From an uncultured Thermoplasmatales archaeon (GTDB lineage: Archaea > Thermoplasmatota > E2 > DHVEG-1): a stretch of DNA of 64,000 bases. Under the pieces are notes generated by a model. That model saw only the letters and a list, made by a program, of their open reading frames with translations. It was not told where the DNA came from and did no database searches. This document shows, one piece after another, positions 1 through 7,928 of the stretch. Location: NCBI GenBank assembly GCA_964346655.1, contig CAYFVP010000134.1:44746-108745 (forward strand). Direction: 5' to 3'. The translations under genes were made by a program, and so were the position numbers. Positions within the stretch are counted from its first letter, which is position 1. The number at the start of each line of letters is the position of its first letter.

Positions 1-558
1 TGTACCAATAATAGGATCGCCACCAAGGCCAACACATGTGCTTTGCCCAATTTCCTTTTCTGTTAGGGAATTTACTATTTCATAGGTAAGAGTTCCAGAT
101 CTACTTGCAACGCCAACATTTCCCTCTAAAAATATCTGACCTGGTAGAATTCCAATTTTGGTTTTACCTGGACTTGCAATTCCAGGACAATTTGGACCAA
201 TTAAAACTGCATTTTTGTATTTGGCATAATGAACAAATTCCATGGCGTCATGGAAAGGAATATTTTCGGTAATTACTACAAGAGTTTTGATACCCGCATC
301 AAGGGCTTCAAAAACTGCATCTTTAGCAAATCGGGCAGGTACCAATATTAGTGAGGTATTTGCTTTTGTTTCCGTTACTCCTTCAAAAACATTATTAAAA
401 ATTGGAACACCATGAACCTCTTGGCCTCCTTTACCAGGAGTAACTCCAGCAACAACGTTTGTTCCAAATTCTTTCATAGCATTAATATGAAAAACACCTT
501 GATGACCAGTTGCCCCTTGAACCAAAACTTTATTATTTTTATCTGCAAAAATTGCCAT
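1..558 (-). CDS. sucD: Succinyl-CoA synthetase alpha subunit (partial, runs off window start)
   Basis: Manual minus-strand translation from ATG 558: [24 protein letters not shown]...GVTPGKGG...IGPNCPG...SRSGTLTYE...[11 protein letters not shown]; lies directly downstream of sucC. Confidence 0.93.
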   Translation of the reverse strand, partial: MAIFADKNNKVLVQGATGHQGVFHINAMKEFGTNVVAGVTPGKGGQEVHGVPIFNNVFEGVTETKANTSLILVPARFAKDAVFEALDAGIKTLVVITENIPFHDAMEFVHYAKYKNAVLIGPNCPGIASPGKTKIGILPGQIFLEGNVGVASRSGTLTYEIVNSLTEKEIGQSTCVGLGGDPIIGT

Positions 559-565
559 TTTTAAG

Positions 566-1666
566 TCACCTCGCCATATCAGAAGATTTCTGAGCTGCAT
601 CCTGTAAGGTTGTCCCTGTAATAAGCCCAGCATCCTTCAAAATGTCTTTTGCAATATCTTCATTACACCCCTTAATACGTGTGATTACCGGACAATCTAT
701 TCCTTCTTTTGTTATAACATCCTTAACACCCTTTGCAACTGTATCACAACGGGTAATTCCACCAAAAAGATTTAAAAATATTACTTTTGGCTTTGCCTTT
801 TTCATAAGTGCAAAAGCTTGTTTTACTTTTTCAGGATCATCTGTTCCGCCTAAATCAAGAAATACGCCACCCTTACCCTCGTAATTGGTAAGAGCATCAA
901 GAGTTGCCATAGTAAGACCTGCACCATTTGCAATAACACCAATGTTACCTTCTAATTGAATAAATGCAATACCCTTATCTTTAGCATCTTTTTCGAGAGG
1001 TGTAAGCTCAACGTGTTCAGGGATAATGTCAGTATGACGATACATTGCATCATCATTAATGTTTACTTTTGAATCTAATGCAATAACAGAACTATTTTTT
1101 GAGATTATCAGAGGATTTATCTCAACAAGCTCGCAATCGTTTTCTCTAAAAAGTTTATAAATATTTGAGATTACCTTTGCAACTTCTTTACCTTCCTCTT
1201 TATCTAGCTTGAGTTTGGAAACAATGCTGCGAATATGAAATGGTTGAATACCAATTAAAGGATTTACCCACTCTTTGAAAATTTTTTCATCGGAAACACT
1301 TTCGATATCAACGCCGCCTTCCCTACTTGCCATAATTAATGGCATTCTTTTAGAGCGATCCAATGTTATACTTAGATATAATTCGTGTTTGATATCTACT
1401 TTTTCTTCTGCTAGAACTTTTTTAACTGTATACCCTCTTATATCCATACCCAAAATCTTTGATAACTTATCTTTTGCATCTTTTATGTTTTCAACAGATT
1501 TAATGCCTCCTGCTTTTCCTCTGCCACCAATAGGAACTTGAGCTTTAAGAACTGCAGGAAATTTCAAATCAGAAAAATCAGATTTATCTTTTACTAGCTT
1601 ACCATTTGGAACTGAAATATTGTATTTATTAAATAGTTCCTTACCCTGATACTCATATAGTTTCAT
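566..1666 (-). CDS. sucC: Succinyl-CoA synthetase beta subunit
   Basis: [56 protein letters not shown] motifs. Confidence 0.95.
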   Translation of the reverse strand: MKLYEYQGKELFNKYNISVPNGKLVKDKSDFSDLKFPAVLKAQVPIGGRGKAGGIKSVENIKDAKDKLSKILGMDIRGYTVKKVLAEEKVDIKHELYLSITLDRSKRMPLIMASREGGVDIESVSDEKIFKEWVNPLIGIQPFHIRSIVSKLKLDKEEGKEVAKVISNIYKLFRENDCELVEINPLIISKNSSVIALDSKVNINDDAMYRHTDIIPEHVELTPLEKDAKDKGIAFIQLEGNIGVIANGAGLTMATLDALTNYEGKGGVFLDLGGTDDPEKVKQAFALMKKAKPKVIFLNLFGGITRCDTVAKGVKDVITKEGIDCPVITRIKGCNEDIAKDILKDAGLITGTTLQDAAQKSSDMAR

Positions 1667-1684
1667 GGCAAACAGAATACAGAT

Positions 1685-1705
1685 TCATATATTTAAGAGC
1701 TTTTT
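1685..1705. repeat. Direct repeat copy 1 (att-like), TCATATATTTAAGAGCTTTTT; also overlaps a BRE-TATA-like element for sucC
   Basis: 20/21 identical to 4093-4113; on the minus strand reads AAA AAG CTC TTA AAT ATA TGA (KKLLNI*) and ends 18 nt before the sucC ATG. Confidence 0.85.
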
Positions 1706-1803
1706 TAGACACTGCACCAAGGGTTTAAGAGCAAAATTGGCACTTTGGCAAAATTATAGATATAGAAAATATTTATATAATATCAGTAAGAGAACGGGGT
1801 GCG

Positions 1804-2324
1804 ATGTTGGAAACAAAGCAAGACATTATCAGCTAGTTTCTCCGATTCTATACTAGTAAAGCCACAAAGAAGTCATATTAGGCAACTCTTAATAAGTAAT
1901 TCAACCCATAAATTGTGACCCAAATACATATTTTGACTATGAACGGGACTATGATAATGACCTTTACTACTTTGCTCTTGCTTTTAAAGATATGGCAAAT
2001 AAGACATTTCATTCATATGTTGTAGTGTTAAAGATGTCCTTTTTGGAGATGACATAGAAATCAGCAAGAAAACACTAAAAAATTAAGAAGATTAAAGCTT
2101 GGGAACACACGCACTCACAAGAGATAGATTGCCGGACTGAAAGCAATCGAGTATTGTGGCGTAAATAGTTGCACTGACGCAAGCAGAAAAGTTGTTGCTG
2201 TTGTCTTGAACTCCCGACAAGTAGTGGGGGCCGAATTCAGACAAAGACCAAAGCTCTACAAATTCCTGCAGATAAACTGCAACTCGGTTCGCCTGGACAT
2301 GTAGAACTACTTCGTCTGCAGTGA
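1804..2324 (+). pseudogene. Tyrosine recombinase/integrase pseudogene (N-terminal part only)
   Basis: Stitched frames: MLETKQDIIS*FLRFYTSKATKKSY*ATLNK*F / INCDPNTYFDYERDYDNDLYYFALAFKDMANKTFHSYVVVLKM / DDIEISKKTLK / LGTHALTRDRLPD* / TSSGGRIQTKTKALQI..PGHV. SSGxRI..AL is the first catalytic-Arg motif. Several stops and frameshifts; no HxxR/Y half. TATA-like TTTATATA at ~1772 and GGGGTG upstream. Confidence 0.72.
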
Positions 2325-2536
2325 ATTAAACACTGATCACATTGGGCATATTGTGAATCCATAAGCAAGGAGTTAATCTTCTTTCTTATTGTCTTAGTTA
2401 AACTCGGCAAGAGTACTGGTCTCACTGTTATCTTCGGCGGTTCGACTCCGTTTAGTGGGACATTTAAAACTCTGATTGTAGCAGTTTCCTCCAATTCTGC
2501 CTCTATCGTCATCTTAAAACTACAATCGCGAGCCAC
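2237..2536 (-). CDS. Hypothetical protein in the element (doubtful; 3' part overlaps the integrase remnant)
   Basis: 99-aa ORF with GGGGAG upstream and a CxxC; no recognisable family. Confidence 0.25.
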   Translation of the reverse strand: MARDCSFKMTIEAELEETATIRVLNVPLNGVEPPKITVRPVLLPSLTKTIRKKINSLLMDSQYAQCDQCLIHCRRSSSTCPGEPSCSLSAGICRALVFV

Positions 2537-2654
2537 GGTCTGGTTTGAAGCTCCCCTGGACTAACTGGACAAAAAACGAGTATGAGGACTAAGGCCCCCC
2601 GCCAGACTCGCATACGGCTCGCCTATTAAGACATTTTGACAAGGATATGATTTC

Positions 2655-2786
2655 ATGGAAAGGTGCTATTTCTGCAAAAAACCTGTAAAGGAAGGAGTCA
2701 AGATTTATGGAGGCGTCAATTGCAAAGACTGCTTCTTGAAGCATTTTCCCTGGAAGAAAAACCGCAAATGGATTTTCATACGGTAA
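2655..2786 (+). CDS. 43-aa CxxC..CxxC zinc-finger microprotein (absent from ORF track)
   Basis: MERCYFCKKPVKEGVKIYGGVNCKDCFLKHFPWKKNRKWIFIR*; AAGGA upstream. Confidence 0.6.
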   Translation: MERCYFCKKPVKEGVKIYGGVNCKDCFLKHFPWKKNRKWIFIR

Positions 2787-2939
2787 CCAAAAAATCATAT
2801 GCCAAAAACCATACGGTTATTTTCCCGTAAATAGTCGCTCGTCTCTCTTTTCCGTGCCTACTTTTTTATGAATCCCATATCATATAATCTTGGCGATAAA
2901 AGCCCCTTCTCTTATGGAAAGTCACTTCTAGGCCCAAGA

Positions 2940-3005
2940 CGGTTTTCATGGCTCGGTTTTTATGTTAACGGTTTTATGTTAGCGGACGGGCGGGGGCGGG
3001 TCCGC
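2940..3005. repeat. Three CGGTTTT(T/C)ATG repeats at 14-15 bp spacing followed by a GC-rich hairpin GCGGAC-N12-GTCCGC
   Basis: Copies start at 2940, 2954 and 2969; hairpin 2982-3005; AT-rich tract follows. Confidence 0.55.
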
Positions 3006-3409
3006 CATTGTTTTAAGTTTTTTATTCGATACAGTATATGCTATAAATCTTATATATAACATAAAAATATGGTTTATGAAAAGGCATTTATAAGCATGCA
3101 TATGTAATAGGAGATGGTAGTCTAGCATGAAAGGAAAGGCTGAGCTTTGGGATTACCATTTTTTTCTCATATCCTTCCCCTTCACGCAACTAGACCCCAA
3201 ATAACATCGGATGCGGGGTGCAGAGAAAATTTTAGGAAGAAAAAACAACATATATCTATACATATTTATGAAGTTTTGAGGAAAGGTCTAGCTTTTATGG
3301 GATATTTTTCTTTCAGAATCTCTGCCGTCCCCGATTACTAAAGGCAACACTTGTTTCTTAAACCTTTCGATATTAAAAGCCCTATTCATTGCCAGTTTTG
3401 GCCTTTTAT

Positions 3410-3460
3410 CGACATATGTCGGAATATCGAAACGTGATTATCGGCGAAAGACTTAATATA
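3410..3460 (+). promoter_or_regulatory. Perfect palindrome CGACATATGTCG followed by a BRE-TATA (CGAAAGAC-TTAATATA) upstream of the SWIM gene
   Basis: Palindrome 3410-3421; TATA ~3453-3460, about 35 nt before ATG 3496. Confidence 0.5.
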
Positions 3461-3495
3461 ACGGGATTGGCATATATAATATATGCTGATGAAAT

Positions 3496-3762
3496 ATGGC
3501 CAAAAGAGAAGTGTTGAGGCTGGTCAAAATCGACCTGGCAAGCAAGACAATGACAGAGTTCAGACCGCAGGTCTTCGAGTTCAGATCAGATAGCGACACC
3601 AGGAAGATATACCACGTCACGAACTACACGCCTCACAGATTCACGTGCACCTACAAGGACTACCTCTACAGGTCGCACGACACCGACGGCTACTCCAGGA
3701 ACCACAGGTGCAAGCACATCAGACAAATGATAGAGGAGCATTCGGGCAAGAGGGCGATGTGA
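3496..3762 (+). CDS. SWIM zinc-finger-like small protein with one ligand lost
   Basis: SDSD.RK.YHV...FTCTYKDYLYR...CKHI matches CxCxnCxH with the second Cys replaced by Tyr; GC-rich codons. Confidence 0.65.
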   Translation: MAKREVLRLVKIDLASKTMTEFRPQVFEFRSDSDTRKIYHVTNYTPHRFTCTYKDYLYRSHDTDGYSRNHRCKHIRQMIEEHSGKRAM

Positions 3763-3763
3763 G

Positions 3764-3964
3764 ATGGAGACAAGGGACCTAAGGAGCGACACCAAGGTCA
3801 ATATCGAGGTGACCACCAAGGCCCGTGCCCACTGCATGAAGGAGCTCAAGGCCTCGAAATTCCCTGTGGACCAGAGGAGCAAGGACAACTTGTGGCGACT
3901 TTGCAGGAAATGCGAGTCAAAACGCAAAAAAACAACAAAGAAAAGGTTAAAAAGTCCAAATTAA
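3764..3964 (+). CDS. Small phage-type zinc-finger protein with one ligand lost
   Basis: KARAHC.KE.KASKF..DQRSKDNL..LCRKC resembles the KxCxxC..F..KDGL..CKxC module of phage endonuclease N-termini; first Cys codon reads CGT. Confidence 0.5.
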   Translation: METRDLRSDTKVNIEVTTKARAHCMKELKASKFPVDQRSKDNLWRLCRKCESKRKKTTKKRLKSPN

Positions 3965-4092
3965 AATCTAAAAAATAAAAGTAAAAATAAAAAGAAATAA
4001 TAAAATAATTTTTTGCCACGAAAGAGCTTATTAATCCTGAAATGCATATATAATTTGATTATCATTAAAATTCGATTATTAAATCCAAGAGG

Positions 4093-4113
4093 TCAGATAT
4101 TTAAGAGCTTTTT
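4093..4113. repeat. Direct repeat copy 2 (att-like), TCAGATATTTAAGAGCTTTTT, encoding the regulator C-terminus KKLLNI*
   Basis: One synonymous mismatch (ATC vs ATA) relative to copy 1. Confidence 0.85.
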
Positions 4114-5181
4114 CACCCAAAAATCACAACCTACAATTTTGCAGGCAATAGGAGCAAATTTAAAATCTTTAATAAAAACCATTGTACTTAAACTATAAGT
4201 CCTAATATTTGGAACTTCGGCAATCCACTGGTTTTCTTTTAATACTTGCATTATCTTCATCATATCTGTCTTATAATCGTCATAATCTATGTAAACAGAA
4301 ATCATAACTGATTCAAATCTTCTACTTGCAAAAAAAACAGTTGAATCACTCATTAGAGTCGCTGCTTCATCTTCATCCATTTTTGGAGGATTTCTTGGAT
4401 CAAAAGTGATATGATAAAATGCTAATATTTCAAAACCTAATTTTACAAAATTAGGTAGAGAAATCTTACTCATTAGATTTTTTTCTTCAAATTTACGTCT
4501 TAATCGCGAAACTGTATGTCTTGAAACACCTATTTCTCTTCCAATAAAATCATCAGATAATTCAGGATAAGATACCAACATACAATAAACATTTTTTTCC
4601 GTATCAGAAAAAACTACATTTTCCTCGCTACCAAATTTTATATTTTCTATTTCAGTTTCAATTTCTAAATCCAATTTAAAACTACTCCTTAAAAGTGGGC
4701 TAAAGTTAAAAAAACGATATATTTTACTAATTTCAAAGGGAAAAACCACCAAATTGGGATATTCTTCTTCTAAAAGTCCACGCCCACCAAATGTCTGGGT
4801 TCTAATATCATTTATTCTACCAATTGTTGCATAATCTTGGGATAGACTTAAAGAAAAGCCTTTATCTTGTTCACCAACAGAGAAAAATATTTCAGGAAAA
4901 ACTTCTATAGTTTTTCCAGTAATTTCAACTCTTTCCACTAAAGGAATTAATGGACTAAAATTAGAATAAATTGCTACTAACATTTCACAGCCTATACTCT
5001 GTAGTTTTGGGAGTATAAGTTTTCGAATATATTCATTTTCTTTTAATCTATGCCTGATGGATGTAACAGTTGAATGCTTAAGATTGAGTTTTTCAGAGAG
5101 ATCCTTATCTGTAAACTCTGGGAATTTTACTAAACCATAGAGCACGAGTTTTTCTTTTTTTGTAAATTCAAAATCTTTCAT
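4093..5181 (-). CDS. Transcriptional regulator with two tandem Lrp/AsnC-like wHTH modules
   Basis: LSEKLNLKHSTVTSIRHRLKE and IGREIGVSRHTVSRLRRKFEE, each followed by P....G.E.L; start at ATG 5181 preferred because a BRE-TATA lies ~25 nt upstream. Confidence 0.8.
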   Translation of the reverse strand: MKDFEFTKKEKLVLYGLVKFPEFTDKDLSEKLNLKHSTVTSIRHRLKENEYIRKLILPKLQSIGCEMLVAIYSNFSPLIPLVERVEITGKTIEVFPEIFFSVGEQDKGFSLSLSQDYATIGRINDIRTQTFGGRGLLEEEYPNLVVFPFEISKIYRFFNFSPLLRSSFKLDLEIETEIENIKFGSEENVVFSDTEKNVYCMLVSYPELSDDFIGREIGVSRHTVSRLRRKFEEKNLMSKISLPNFVKLGFEILAFYHITFDPRNPPKMDEDEAATLMSDSTVFFASRRFESVMISVYIDYDDYKTDMMKIMQVLKENQWIAEVPNIRTYSLSTMVFIKDFKFAPIACKIVGCDFWVKKLLNI

Positions 5182-5204
5182 TGTTTTAAGAATAAGTTTT
5201 TTAG

Positions 5205-5342
5205 ATATAAACTTTTTTCTCATTTTACTGAATATTAGAAAATTTATCGATATTTTGAGCAAAAAATTAAAAATATATTATCAAAAATACAAAATTATTT
5301 TTATAATTTGTTAATATGATAATTTTACCAAAAAGTTTATAT
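5205..5342. promoter_or_regulatory. Back-to-back BRE-TATA promoters (AAAAAGTTTATAT on the minus strand at 5205-5217 and on the plus strand at 5330-5342)
   Basis: Identical 13-mer in opposite orientations, each ~25-30 nt upstream of a start codon (5181 and 5371). Confidence 0.65.
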
Positions 5343-5370
5343 TATATTAATTATATATGAAGAAATGTAA

Positions 5371-5505
5371 ATGGGAGGAGCCATCTTGGTGAAAATCCAT
5401 ATAGGCGATACTATCCTTAAAAATACTGGAAATACAGTGATTTTACCTAGATTATTTAATAAAATATTTAATTTTAAATTTGTCGATTTTGTGGGGATAA
5501 GATAA
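5371..5505 (+). CDS. Putative 39-44 aa leader peptide (uORF) coupled to the operon
   Basis: MGGAILVKIHIGDTILKNTGNTVILPRLFNKIFNFKFVDFVGIR*; GGAGGAG precedes in-frame TTG/GTG at 5386/5389; stop overlaps the next ATG (TAATG). Confidence 0.45.
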   Translation: MGGAILVKIHIGDTILKNTGNTVILPRLFNKIFNFKFVDFVGIR

Positions 5506-6266
5506 TGACCAAAAAAGAACAAGTCCTTTTAGAAAAGCAAGAAGTAAAAAAACCAAAGGATGTAGAAAAAAAAGCTGGAACTGTTGAGGTTTTTATCATG
5601 GGTAAGAGCTACAAAGTTCCTGCAGGTCTAACAATAATGAAAGCTTTAGAATATGCTGGATATAGATATATCCGGGGTTGTGGTTGCAGAGCCGGTTTTT
5701 GTGGTGCGTGCTCCACGATTTATAGAAAAGAGGATGAACAAAAACTTGGATTTGATTTAGCTTGTCAAAAGGTTGTCGAGGATAAAATGTACTTGGTTCA
5801 GCTTCCTTTTGTCCCTGCATCTAAAGTTGAATATGATATTGAAAAGCTAGAACCCAAAGAAAGTATTATATTAGAAATTTATCCTGAAATTGCTAGATGT
5901 GTTTCATGCAATACGTGTACAAAATCATGTCCACAAGATATTGAAGTCATGAAATATATTCAAAGAGCAGTTAGAGGAGATATAGCAAAATGTGCAGAAA
6001 TATCTTTTGATTGCATTCAGTGTGGATTATGTGCAATGAGATGCCCTGCTGATATTAAACACTATCATGTTTCACAGCTTGCTCGTAGATTACGTGGAAA
6101 ATATATAGATACAAAATCAAAAAATCTATCAAAGCGACTAAAAGAAATTAACAATAGAAAATATGACGCTGAAATAGAAAAATTAATGAAAATGGAAAAA
6201 AAAGAGATAATGACGCTATATAAAAATAGAAAGATTGAAGCTGAAGAAACAGGAACTGGAGGGTGA
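5505..6266 (+). CDS. Fumarate reductase/succinate dehydrogenase-like Fe-S subunit (2Fe-2S + 2x4Fe-4S), TfrB-like but lacking CCG domains
   Basis: CRAGFCGAC..LACQ; CVSCNTCTKSCP; CIQCGLCAMRCP. Confidence 0.8.
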   Translation: MTKKEQVLLEKQEVKKPKDVEKKAGTVEVFIMGKSYKVPAGLTIMKALEYAGYRYIRGCGCRAGFCGACSTIYRKEDEQKLGFDLACQKVVEDKMYLVQLPFVPASKVEYDIEKLEPKESIILEIYPEIARCVSCNTCTKSCPQDIEVMKYIQRAVRGDIAKCAEISFDCIQCGLCAMRCPADIKHYHVSQLARRLRGKYIDTKSKNLSKRLKEINNRKYDAEIEKLMKMEKKEIMTLYKNRKIEAEETGTGG

Positions 6267-6270
6267 TTAA

Positions 6271-7917
6271 GTGAAGACAATAGATGGATATCCAGATTAT
6301 ATGATGAAATCCATAAAACTTGTTGAAGAAAAACGAGAGAAAAACATATCAAAACCTGTGAAACCAATGTCTATGAAGGATCGAGAGCAAATCTTAAGTA
6401 AATATCATCCAGATTATATGGAAGGAACAAAAAGGGAACTTAAAGTTGGTGTAGATAAAGGAAAATTAATTTATAATGGGATTGTAGACCTACTTGAGGC
6501 AAGACCTGTAATTGACCCAAAAGATATTGATTTAAGTACGATCGATTATGATATAGATTTACTAATTATTGGCGGGGGTGGCGCAGGAACAGTTGCAGCA
6601 CTTTTTGCTTATGAATCAGGAGTTCCTGCAGATAAAATATTAATTGTTACTAAGCTTCGTCATGGTGATGCAAATTCTATGATGGCACAAGGTGGAATTC
6701 AAGCTGCTGATCGGCCTGAGGACAATCCAACTTTGCATTATATTGATATTTATGGTGGAGGTCATTTTACAAATATACCTGAGCTTGCAAGAGCACTTGC
6801 ATTGGATGCTCCAGGTATTATATCTTGGCATGAAGATCTAGGCATAATGTACGATCGCCATGAAGATGGAGAATTCCAGGAACTCTCAGGTGGTGGAACC
6901 TGTAGAAATCGTATGCACAGTGCTAAAGATTATACAGGTATGGAACTTATGAGAAATATTAGAGATCAAGCAAGGAATTTAGAAATTCCAGTTTTAGAAT
7001 TTTGCCCAGTAGCAGAATTATTAATGGATGATAAGGGGCAAGTTGTAGGTGGTGTTGCATTTAACCTTGAAACATTTGAATATTATGTTATTCGAGCTAA
7101 AGCAACAATCTTAGCAACAGGTGGAAGTGGTAGACTTCATCTAGCAAATTATCCTACAACAAACCATTATGGAGCAACTGGAGACGGTCTTATTATGGCA
7201 TATCATGCAGGGGTCAATCTTCTTGATTTAGATACAATTCAAATTCATCCTACAGGTGATGCTTATCCCGAGCCACTTGTTGGAATACTTTCTACTGAAA
7301 AGATTAGAGGACTTGGTGCAATTCCGCTGAACAATAATGGGGATCCATTTGTTTTTCCATTAGAACCCCGTGATGTAGAATCAGCAGCTTTCATTAGAGA
7401 ATGCAAAGAGGGAAGAGGAATTGTTACACCTACTGGAATGCCTGGTGTTTGGCTTGATACTCCAATGATAGAAATTATTCATGGAGAGGGAACAATTGAA
7501 GCAAAACTTGCAGGTGAAGTTCGAAAGTTTAAAAGATTCGGAATTAACATGGCAAAGCATCCAATACTTGTGTATCCCACTTTACATTATCAAAATGGTG
7601 GAGTAGAAATTAACGAAAAAACTGAAACAAAAATACCAGGTTTGTTTGCCGCTGGTGAGGTTTCAGGGGGCGTCCATGGTAAAAACAGACTTATGGGTAA
7701 CTCTCTTCTTGATTTCAATGTATTTGGCAGACGTGCAGGAATTTATGCTGCAAAATATGTTAAAAAGGCAAAAATTGGAAAGTTAACACTTAATCATCTT
7801 GATAAATTTAATAAAATGTTGGATCAGGCAAATATCAAGCAAACCAAAACCGCTCCCATAATACTTCCTGAGTATAGGGGGGAAATGGCGATTTCTCGAG
7901 CATTAGATATATTCTAA
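6271..7917 (+). CDS. Fumarate reductase/SdhA/TfrA-family flavoprotein
   Basis: GGGGAG, NSMMAQGG (no covalent-FAD His), QIHPTG, TEKIRG, PRD, LHYQNGG, HGKNRLMGNSL. Confidence 0.85.
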   Translation: MKTIDGYPDYMMKSIKLVEEKREKNISKPVKPMSMKDREQILSKYHPDYMEGTKRELKVGVDKGKLIYNGIVDLLEARPVIDPKDIDLSTIDYDIDLLIIGGGGAGTVAALFAYESGVPADKILIVTKLRHGDANSMMAQGGIQAADRPEDNPTLHYIDIYGGGHFTNIPELARALALDAPGIISWHEDLGIMYDRHEDGEFQELSGGGTCRNRMHSAKDYTGMELMRNIRDQARNLEIPVLEFCPVAELLMDDKGQVVGGVAFNLETFEYYVIRAKATILATGGSGRLHLANYPTTNHYGATGDGLIMAYHAGVNLLDLDTIQIHPTGDAYPEPLVGILSTEKIRGLGAIPLNNNGDPFVFPLEPRDVESAAFIRECKEGRGIVTPTGMPGVWLDTPMIEIIHGEGTIEAKLAGEVRKFKRFGINMAKHPILVYPTLHYQNGGVEINEKTETKIPGLFAAGEVSGGVHGKNRLMGNSLLDFNVFGRRAGIYAAKYVKKAKIGKLTLNHLDKFNKMLDQANIKQTKTAPIILPEYRGEMAISRALDIF

Positions 7918-7928
7918 ATGGGGTGTTA

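Larger units (their letters stand above)
1685..4113. mobile_element. Decayed ~2.4-kb integrative element (provirus/ICE remnant) inserted at the 3' end of the regulator gene
   Basis: Flanking 21-bp direct repeats, integrase pseudogene ~100 bp inside the left end, higher-GC segments and small Zn-finger ORFs unlike the host genes. Confidence 0.75.

Noticed and set aside
1804..1900. In-frame TAG codons in the integrase as possible pyrrolysine or recoding
   Set aside because: TAA and TGA stops and frameshifts also occur, so simple decay explains them.
2409..2460. tRNA-like T-arm GGTTCGACTCC with an upstream AGTACTGGT
   Set aside because: No acceptor or anticodon stems and the spacing is too short; the element's att repeat is in a protein gene instead.
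3925..4010. A-rich tract suggesting a retro-element poly(A) tail
   Set aside because: Interrupted and Lys-codon-like; better explained as a decayed basic C-terminus or the T-rich terminator of the convergent regulator. No reverse transcriptase is present.
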